From a virus (lineage: Duplodnaviria > Caudoviricetes), in the IMG/VR virus record IMGVR_UViG_3300030104_004449, positions 1-38,369 of that record: a DNA stretch of 38,369 nucleotides; one strand, given 5' to 3'. Position numbers and translations under genes: made by a program. Positions within the stretch are counted from its first letter, which is position 1, and the number at the start of each line of letters is the position of its first letter. Below are positions 18,000 through 25,403 of this stretch, piece by piece. The notes below the pieces were generated by a model, which did not search any database, was not told where the DNA came from, and saw only the letters and a list, made by a program, of their open reading frames with translations.

Positions 18000-19413
18000 A
18001 TTAATAGAAGCATGTAGGCGTTCTCCAAATGTTTTTGCCAACTGTGTCATGGGATTTGCTCAAGGTGAAATTCACAAGCGAATGCAAAAGCATTTAACAG
18101 ATAATGAAAATTGTTACATTGAGTATCCGAGGGGTCATGGGAAAACTGCTCAAATGACTATGCGATGCGCTTGGGAAATTGGCAACGACCCAACGGTGCG
18201 AATTAAATATATACAGCAATCTGAAATTGAAGCAAAGAAAACCACAGGTCTTATTAAGTCAATTATTGAAAGCGATTTATACAAAGTTGTTTTTCCTGAA
18301 ATTGAACCAGACATGGACACATGGAGAAAAGCAGACTTCAAAGTAAAGACTGAAGGTAAATGGCAGAGAGATGCAACAGTTGAAGCCAAGCCAATATTCG
18401 GACGTGCAGGTGGTCGTGCTGATATTCTTATTGCTGACGATATATGCGATTTAAGAAATGCAATTCAACAATCAGCATTGCGAGAACAGGTCAAAGAGTT
18501 TTGGAATACAAACTGGTTGCCGATGCGTGATTTTACAAAAGACAAACCTGCACGAACATGGAAGGTAGGAACTTGTTACCACGCAGACGACATAACTGCT
18601 GATTGGCGAAGAACACACACAGAGATAGGCGGGTTATTACGCGCACCTGTTGTTAATTTTAAAAGTGCTTGGCACGAAGCAATTACTGAAGATGAATTGC
18701 GTACTATCAAAAAAGAGATTGGCACATTTGCTTTTGCCAGAAGTTACGAGTTAGAACCTGTATCTAGTGATTTAATAGTATTTGACGGTGAATGGATTAA
18801 AGGGAATATGTACTCAGAGATTCCTGAATGGGAAAAAGAAAACGGAGTAATGATTGCCTCTATTGACTTTGCCTTTACCGAAAAAAAATTACATGGCGAC
18901 CCAGACTGGAGTGTGTGCATTATTGCGTGGAAAGATAGAAACAATGGAATATGGCTAAAAGACATTATCAGGCAAAGAACAACATTTCCTGATTTTGCCA
19001 GAACTGTAAGTTCAGCATTGACTAGAGCAAATGTATCTCAAGCAGTAGCCGAAGCAAATGGTGCGCAAAAAGGTTTAGTCCAACAACTTCAAAAAGATTG
19101 TCCATCAGTTCCTATTAGACCATTAGGTAGAGATAAAGATAAAATCACAAGAGCATCGGAACGTCAAGCATTTGTCGAGTCAGGCAAACTACACTTTCCC
19201 ATGTCCGATGGATTTATTCGCAATGACTTTCAAGTTGTTTACGATGAGATGACCACATTTCCTGTTGGCGGTCATGATGATACAGTTGATGCAATTATAG
19301 ACTTAATTGAGATTACGGTTAATATGGGTCAGCCGTTAAAGTCAGCAAGAATTGAAAGCGACAAGAATAAAGTTCGGGATATGTACGGTATGAAAAAGAA
19401 AGCAAAATGGTAA
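17974..19413 (+). CDS. terL: Terminase large subunit
   Basis: Walker A PRGHGKT, Walker B ILIADD, nuclease motifs SIDFA, AEANG, HDDTVDA. Confidence 0.95.
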   Translation: MMTQIIDSELIEACRRSPNVFANCVMGFAQGEIHKRMQKHLTDNENCYIEYPRGHGKTAQMTMRCAWEIGNDPTVRIKYIQQSEIEAKKTTGLIKSIIESDLYKVVFPEIEPDMDTWRKADFKVKTEGKWQRDATVEAKPIFGRAGGRADILIADDICDLRNAIQQSALREQVKEFWNTNWLPMRDFTKDKPARTWKVGTCYHADDITADWRRTHTEIGGLLRAPVVNFKSAWHEAITEDELRTIKKEIGTFAFARSYELEPVSSDLIVFDGEWIKGNMYSEIPEWEKENGVMIASIDFAFTEKKLHGDPDWSVCIIAWKDRNNGIWLKDIIRQRTTFPDFARTVSSALTRANVSQAVAEANGAQKGLVQQLQKDCPSVPIRPLGRDKDKITRASERQAFVESGKLHFPMSDGFIRNDFQVVYDEMTTFPVGGHDDTVDAIIDLIEITVNMGQPLKSARIESDKNKVRDMYGMKKKAKW

Positions 19414-19537
19414 ACCGCTAAAAACTTTTTTATTTTTTTTTCACCTTCGTTTATAAACAGCAATCAAAACTTTTTCCGCTGAAATCGTTTGATATTGGTG
19501 TCATCAAAAACAAAATTTTGAAAGCCAATTTGATTTT

Positions 19538-19572
19538 TGGTAAAATGCACATATCGAAAGGAAAAACAAATG
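19538..19572 (+). promoter_or_regulatory. Extended -10 plus RBS block driving the moron between terL and portal
   Basis: TGGTAAAATgcacatatcgAAAGGAAAAACAAATG, very similar to 11548-11581. Confidence 0.55.
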
Positions 19573-19836
19573 ATTAAAAAAGAAATACCAATTACTGTAT
19601 CAGTCAAACTCACCCAAGAAGAAATTGATTGGGTGATTACCGTTTGCGAAGATTGGGATAAAGGTAGTGAGGAAGATGATAAAACATTTATACACTTAGC
19701 CAAGAAGTTGCAGTCACGATTAAACAAAAGAAACTTAAAACAGCCAAATCATTTTGGTCGTGGTGATAAGCCGATGCCAACAATAAAGGACATGATTAAA
19801 GCATTGAAAAAAGGTAGAGTGCGATTCAATTTTTAA
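19570..19836 (+). CDS. Hypothetical protein, 88 aa (moron gene 1)
   Basis: AAAGGA RBS before ATG 19570. Confidence 0.65.
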   Translation: MIKKEIPITVSVKLTQEEIDWVITVCEDWDKGSEEDDKTFIHLAKKLQSRLNKRNLKQPNHFGRGDKPMPTIKDMIKALKKGRVRFNF

Positions 19837-19846
19837 AAGGATAAAC

Positions 19847-20605
19847 ATGCAAAATATGTCAATAAAACTAAACCATATTTACCACGAAAGTTGTTTGGAC
19901 ACCTTAAAGAAAATGAAGGATGATTCTGTCGGAGTAGTTATTACTTCACCTCCATACAACATGAATTTACGAATTAGGAACGGCAAATATTGCTCAAGAC
20001 AAATTGTTAAAGAGATTAGTACAAAGTATTCTGACTTCCCAGACAACTTGCCAATAGATGAATATTATTCATTCCATTGCGAAGTCTTAAAAGAATTGAT
20101 TAGAGTGAGTGAATTAGTTTTTTACAATGTGCAAATAGTAACAGGTAGTAAAAGGTCAATTTTTAAAATGATGGGTGAATTTGCTGAACACCTCAAGGAT
20201 ATTATTGTTTGGGATAAAAAATATGGACAACCTGCAATTCAAAAGCAAGTATTAAATAGAAGGTCTGAATTTATTTTAGTTTTTGATAAGGACTATCCAA
20301 TCAGTAGACAATTCAGAAAAAGAGGAGAATTTAAAAGGGGTACTCTTGATGATGTGTGGGTAATCAACCGAGAACGAAGCAAAAAGGACTCTCATGGCGC
20401 AGTATTTCCTCAAGAACTTGTTATAAGAATATTAGAAAACTTTACCAATGAGGGCGACATAATCTATGACCCATTTATGGGAACAGGTACAACTGCTGTA
20501 GTTGCAAAGAAATTAGATAGAAATTATATAGGCAGTGAAATTAGTAAGGACTACATTAAAATAGCAAAGAAGCGATTAGAGGAAGCGAAAACAATTTTTA
20601 CTTAA
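19847..20605 (+). CDS. Orphan beta-class amino DNA methyltransferase (N4C/N6A)
   Basis: Motif IV ITSPPY precedes motif I DPFMGTGTT; HGAVFP; YIGSEI. Confidence 0.92.
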   Translation: MQNMSIKLNHIYHESCLDTLKKMKDDSVGVVITSPPYNMNLRIRNGKYCSRQIVKEISTKYSDFPDNLPIDEYYSFHCEVLKELIRVSELVFYNVQIVTGSKRSIFKMMGEFAEHLKDIIVWDKKYGQPAIQKQVLNRRSEFILVFDKDYPISRQFRKRGEFKRGTLDDVWVINRERSKKDSHGAVFPQELVIRILENFTNEGDIIYDPFMGTGTTAVVAKKLDRNYIGSEISKDYIKIAKKRLEEAKTIFT

Positions 20606-20711
20606 TTTAAGAACAGGGGCTTGAAGCAACCACAAATAACCACTACACACCAAATCGGTAAATCGGTCTAATTGATTGATGTATCGGTTTTTTTTCGGTT
20701 AATATATAAAT

Positions 20712-22256
20712 ATGGCTAAAAGAGGAAATCATGCGATTACGCAAAGTCGGGATTCAAAGGGAAGATTTGCACAAAGCGATGACCTATTGAATAAAACAAA
20801 AAAACCAGAACAAGTATTCCAACCACCTTTTGCATCTGTTGTTGAATTGCAACGGTCTTACATGAGTCACTTCACGAAAGTGTTGAGGCGTTCAGATATG
20901 GCTTTGCGACAAGACAGAGTATTGCAAAGGCAAATGAGGCGTGACCCTGATATTATGTCACCACTGTTCCAAAGGCAGACATCAGTTGCTTTGCTCGATT
21001 GGGAAATTGTGCCAGAAGATTCAGGTGATGAAACACAAGTTGAGCAAGCGCAAGAACTTGAAAGGATTATTCGTAATAACCTACGACAACCTGTTGAGTT
21101 CTTCAAAAGTATCCTTGAGGCGGTTTGGTACGGTGCTTCCACTGTTCAACTAACACCTGAAGTTCGTGGCGATGACATAGTGCCTGGCGAATGGATGCCA
21201 ATTCATTCTGACTCGATTGCTTTTACTGAAGAAGGCGAATTGGGTTTGTATGTTGGCAGGCGATACGAAGGTAAAACATTCCAAGCCCCATACGGTTTAA
21301 TGCACATTCTTGAAGAAGAAGAACGAGAGCAGGTTATTCTTCATACTCACAACACCGAAGGCGCAGATTACGAAGTACCCGAAGAAGCAGAATATGTTTA
21401 TCGTGGTCGTGGTTTGCGTGATGTTGTTTGGTTTCAATGGGTTATGAAGCAGACTGCTTTGCAATTTTGGATGACATGGATTGAAAGATATTCAATGGGT
21501 ATCAGAGTTGGTACATATCCAGACGGCAACGCATCAGCACAATCTGTAATGCAAGACATTATGGAAAATTTAGTTGGCGATGTTTCGATTTTAGTGCCTA
21601 AGCAATCAGGCGGGGAAGATTTATACAGCGTAGACATTAAAGAGGTTAATGGAAACAACGCAAAAATCTTTGCTGACTTGATTGAGGGATATCTTGCGGG
21701 TCAGATTAAAGAACTTATTATTGGTCAAACTGCTACAACTGAGCAAACTGCCACAGGGCTAGGTTCATCTGTTGCTGACCAACACGCAGAAACATTTAGA
21801 AGAATTATTGAAACTGATGCTATTGGTTTAGCCGACACATTAACTGTAGAACTTGCACGAAAGTATCACAGATACAACTTTGGCGAAACTGATTATCAAC
21901 CTCGATTCCAATTTTCATTAGAAAAAAATAACCCAAGAGAATTTATGGAAGGTGTTCGTTCATTTGTCGATTTGGGCGGTTCAGTCTCACAGCGCCAGGC
22001 AAGGGAAATCCTTGGTATTATTGAACCAGAAGAAGGCGAAGAAATTCTTTCATCGCAACAAGCACAGCAACAACAAATGATGCAAGAACAACAACAAGCG
22101 ATGGGTCAGCCACAACAAGGTCAACCAAAACAAAACGATATAATGAGCCAGTTGTTTGGTGGGGGAATGCCTAAACCACCTAACGCAGAAAAAGCAGATA
22201 AGGCATTTAAAGAATTTGCAAAAAGTTTACAAAAACACAATTTAGGTAAAAAATAA
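20712..22256 (+). CDS. Portal protein (DUF935/Mu gp29-like)
   Basis: ILEAVWYG, YRGRGL...W..WIERY..GIRVG.Y, IIGQTATT...GLGS...H; follows terL; Gln-rich tail. Confidence 0.92.
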   Translation: MAKRGNHAITQSRDSKGRFAQSDDLLNKTKKPEQVFQPPFASVVELQRSYMSHFTKVLRRSDMALRQDRVLQRQMRRDPDIMSPLFQRQTSVALLDWEIVPEDSGDETQVEQAQELERIIRNNLRQPVEFFKSILEAVWYGASTVQLTPEVRGDDIVPGEWMPIHSDSIAFTEEGELGLYVGRRYEGKTFQAPYGLMHILEEEEREQVILHTHNTEGADYEVPEEAEYVYRGRGLRDVVWFQWVMKQTALQFWMTWIERYSMGIRVGTYPDGNASAQSVMQDIMENLVGDVSILVPKQSGGEDLYSVDIKEVNGNNAKIFADLIEGYLAGQIKELIIGQTATTEQTATGLGSSVADQHAETFRRIIETDAIGLADTLTVELARKYHRYNFGETDYQPRFQFSLEKNNPREFMEGVRSFVDLGGSVSQRQAREILGIIEPEEGEEILSSQQAQQQQMMQEQQQAMGQPQQGQPKQNDIMSQLFGGGMPKPPNAEKADKAFKEFAKSLQKHNLGKK

Positions 22257-22750
22257 TGAGCAATTACAAAAGTTCATACTCAAAACTAGCGGTCAATCGC
22301 AAGAACAAATATTCGTCAAATTGTGGCGCAGGTAAGGAAGGAAGTTCAGGTTTTCAACCAGGCAACACTTGTGCAAGTGGTGAAGGTTCTTCTGAATCAG
22401 AAAGCAAAGATTATACGCCTGTTTTTCGTGGTGCAAGAGTTGGCAATCCTGAAGAAATAACAAATGAAGGAATGTTTTTCGCAAGCGATGAAATGTTTGC
22501 AAAAACATACGGTAGCAATGTAGGCAAATTTTCTGTTGATAAATCTAAACTAAAAGAAATTAGTCAAGAAGAATGGGGAGATTTATACGGAATGTGGCAA
22601 GCAGTGTCAGAAGAAGAAAAACAAGAGATTGCCGATAAATTAAAAGAAGAAGGTTACAACGGAGCATTTTCTAATTTTGGAACAATTCAAGTTATGTATA
22701 TTCCAAATCCAAAACAAGAAGAATTAGTTAAAGTAGGACACGATGAGTAA
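22256..22750 (+). CDS. Tagged cargo 1: leader + CGAG tag + divergent ART-like domain
   Basis: Tag at 22322-22375; PVFRG...GMFFASDEMFAKTYG...LKEEGYNG parallels the YHG...GIYFT...YA...GYDG pattern of the downstream ARTs. Confidence 0.65.
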   Translation: MSNYKSSYSKLAVNRKNKYSSNCGAGKEGSSGFQPGNTCASGEGSSESESKDYTPVFRGARVGNPEEITNEGMFFASDEMFAKTYGSNVGKFSVDKSKLKEISQEEWGDLYGMWQAVSEEEKQEIADKLKEEGYNGAFSNFGTIQVMYIPNPKQEELVKVGHDE

Positions 22751-23582
22751 GTACAAAAAATCATACGGTAAATTCTCAGTCAATCGCAAAAACAAATACG
22801 CAAGTGATTGCGGTGCTGGCAAAGAAGGTGCGGGTGGATTCCAACCAGGCAACACTTGTGCAGGTGGCAAAGGTGGAAGTAAAGACGAGCCAAAAAAGAA
22901 GAAGCCAAAGAAGTCAGACACAGGTTCGGGCGAAGGTTCAATACCCGAAGGTGCAAAACTACACAAAGGCGATTACTATTGGGAAGATTACAACGATGCT
23001 AAGAATTGGGCATTGGAAAACGGTTGGGAATTAGAAACAGACGGACACGACAACATAAAATCTTTTGCTCAAGGGTGGTCAGTACAGGCAGGTGCAAGTG
23101 GAAATTATGCAGGTCAAGACCCAGAAACAGGAGAAGAAGTAAGTCCAAAAGAATGGAAAGGCATTGATAAAATGGACGATGCCGACACAGGTGAGGGCGA
23201 AGGTGGTTCAAGTTCTGATATGAAAAAATTAGTTGATGAAAGAAAAGTATTAAATCCATCAATGGCAAGTTTTCTTTACGCACTACAAGACAGCGGCATA
23301 ACTAACATGGCGGGTGCAGGTGAATATTTAGCAAACGAATCTTTTTGGGGCTACAAGTTTGACAGTCCTGAAGGTAGACGAGATGCCTCACAAGCAATTT
23401 CTGAATGGGCAAAAGAAGTAGAAGCAGGAGGAAGAGAAGCAGACCCTACTTTTGACCAAAACGAATATGATGAATCAGTTGTAAGTATAGATGTGTATTT
23501 TGGAGATGGAGAAGAAACTGATACATCGGGTTATACTGAAAATCAATTAGCATTATTTAGAGAATACTATCCAGAAGGATAA
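22743..23582 (+). CDS. Tagged cargo 2: leader + CGAG tag + unknown acidic mini-domains
   Basis: Tag at 22809-22862; DTGxGEG linkers; LQDSGITNMAGAGEYL segment. Confidence 0.7.
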   Translation: MSKYKKSYGKFSVNRKNKYASDCGAGKEGAGGFQPGNTCAGGKGGSKDEPKKKKPKKSDTGSGEGSIPEGAKLHKGDYYWEDYNDAKNWALENGWELETDGHDNIKSFAQGWSVQAGASGNYAGQDPETGEEVSPKEWKGIDKMDDADTGEGEGGSSSDMKKLVDERKVLNPSMASFLYALQDSGITNMAGAGEYLANESFWGYKFDSPEGRRDASQAISEWAKEVEAGGREADPTFDQNEYDESVVSIDVYFGDGEETDTSGYTENQLALFREYYPEG

Positions 23583-23588
23583 TTAAGT

Positions 23589-25247
23589 GTGTCAAAACTA
23601 TCAGACCAAATACGACAGGAGTATCGTGAGGCGGTAGCGAGTGCGATAGAAGGCAAAGATGATATCGAGGCGTGGGGCAAAGTTTATCAATCTCTTGCAC
23701 AATCAATCTTTTTTGCTTGGCTATCTTCTGTCGCTAAAAACACTGAAGGCATAGAAGAGTGCGAAGTTGCAAAACTTATTTTCGCCAAGCCTTCTTGTGG
23801 TGCGGGAACTGAAGGCAACGCAGGTTTTCAACCAGGTAACACATGCGCAGGTGAAGGCGGTGGTGAAGATATATTTACAGATGCAATTAAAAAACACGAT
23901 TACAAATCTGTAAAAGATAGTAAAGTTAGATATAGACTTTCAAAACAATTAAGAGATTTAATAGTAGATGACAAAAATAAAGGTTTAATTACCAAAAATG
24001 TTGAATCAGGAACGATAATAAATTTACACGATACTTTACAAGACCTTGAAAACTACAATCTAAAAAACCTAGAAAGTTTTTATGGTAAACACCATAACCC
24101 AGACGGTAAAAGAATTTTTAAAGAAGGAAGTAAATCTGATTTGGCTTCTGTTGAGTTCTATGAATATGTAAAATCATATGTCACCATGTCAGAAGAAGAA
24201 CAATTAGAAAACCAAAATAAGTTAGTAAAAAAAGCAGATGATTTTGTTTGTTCAGTTTATTTGGATGCTATAAACATAGCACATGACACTTTAAAAGATA
24301 GCGATACTTTTGTTGATGATTACGAATACATAAATAAAGACGGTGAGAAAACAGGTATAACCATGACATCAAAAACCAAAGTGTTTAAAGATGTTGAAGA
24401 ATATATAGACGACAGATTTACATTAAAAAATGCAGACGAAGCCGAAATAAGAGTTTTAACAGAATCAATAGAAGAATTAGACGGTACAGTTGCTTCAAAC
24501 ATAAAAGGAGAAAAATACGAACAGGATACTAAAAAATTTCTTAATGCTTTATCTGATGTTAAAAAAATACTTAAAGAAAAAAACATACAAATACCAAATT
24601 TAGAAATACATTTTAGCATGTTGCCTTTTTGGAAAGATGCTACAACACAAAAACATCAATCAGTAGGAATATTTACACAACCAGGTAGGGAATTAGATGA
24701 ATTTAAATCACAATTAAGTTTCGATTTAAAAAATAAAATTTGGTCTAATCCATCACTAATTAGAAAAGAAAATAATTTTGTGGCTAGTAAATTACCTGAA
24801 GAAAAAGCCTTGCAATCTTTAATTTTGCACGAGATAGGGCATCAGTTAAATCATGTTAATTTATATTTAAAGAAAATTAAAAAAAGGCACAAGACACCTG
24901 ACAGTGTAAAAGTTTTATTAAAGAATCACAAAGAAGGTCAGCAAACAAGAGGCGTATTGTCAGGTAGTGAACTTATGGGTCTTTCAATACAGTTTTTGGA
25001 AACTTTAAATGATTTAAATATGCAATATGAAAAAAAGGCTTGGGATATTGCTCGGTTTGAAGAAGGTTTGGATATAAAATCTGCTCCAGACTGGTTTGCT
25101 CATGTAAAGAAAAACATATCAGATTACGCATCAACACGTTACTCAGAATTTGTTGCCGAAACTTTTGCAGGTTTAGCGTTAGGTTTGGAATATGATAATT
25201 TGATTATGAAAATGTATCAAAACTTAGGTGGGGCAAAAGTAGGTTAA
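23589..25247 (+). CDS. Tagged cargo 3: helical N-terminus + CGAG tag + zincin-like metallopeptidase
   Basis: Tag at 23796-23849; LILHEIGH (HEXXH) and ISDYASTRYSEFVAETF third-ligand motif. Confidence 0.8.
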   Translation: MSKLSDQIRQEYREAVASAIEGKDDIEAWGKVYQSLAQSIFFAWLSSVAKNTEGIEECEVAKLIFAKPSCGAGTEGNAGFQPGNTCAGEGGGEDIFTDAIKKHDYKSVKDSKVRYRLSKQLRDLIVDDKNKGLITKNVESGTIINLHDTLQDLENYNLKNLESFYGKHHNPDGKRIFKEGSKSDLASVEFYEYVKSYVTMSEEEQLENQNKLVKKADDFVCSVYLDAINIAHDTLKDSDTFVDDYEYINKDGEKTGITMTSKTKVFKDVEEYIDDRFTLKNADEAEIRVLTESIEELDGTVASNIKGEKYEQDTKKFLNALSDVKKILKEKNIQIPNLEIHFSMLPFWKDATTQKHQSVGIFTQPGRELDEFKSQLSFDLKNKIWSNPSLIRKENNFVASKLPEEKALQSLILHEIGHQLNHVNLYLKKIKKRHKTPDSVKVLLKNHKEGQQTRGVLSGSELMGLSIQFLETLNDLNMQYEKKAWDIARFEEGLDIKSAPDWFAHVKKNISDYASTRYSEFVAETFAGLALGLEYDNLIMKMYQNLGGAKVG

Positions 25248-25403
25248 ATGACTTATATAATTGATAAACCAAAAAGCATAGAAGAACTAGATAAGTTTTT
25301 GTCAGAACAATACAAAGTTCAAGGTCGTCCTGATAATTGGAAAGAGCAAAGAAAATGGCTCATAGAACTTTATGATTTGAAAGAAGAATACGATGCCGAG
25401 TAA
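25248..25403 (+). CDS. 51-aa ORF abutting the peptidase stop; candidate inhibitor/immunity protein (not in the ORF track)
   Basis: TAA-ATG junction; MTYIIDKPKSIEELDKFLSEQYKVQGRPDNWKEQRKWLIELYDLKEEYDAE*; overlaps the next start. Confidence 0.6.
   Translation: MTYIIDKPKSIEELDKFLSEQYKVQGRPDNWKEQRKWLIELYDLKEEYDAE

Noticed and set aside
14579-20605. Nuclease plus methyltransferase as a restriction-modification system
   Set aside because: Genes are about 4.7 kb apart in different transcription units; orphan MTases and such nucleases are common in phages
22055-22135. CAA-rich tract in the portal tail (and the AAT tract near 36768-36787)
   Set aside because: Low-complexity poly-Gln/poly-Asn coding linkers, not a structured repeat system
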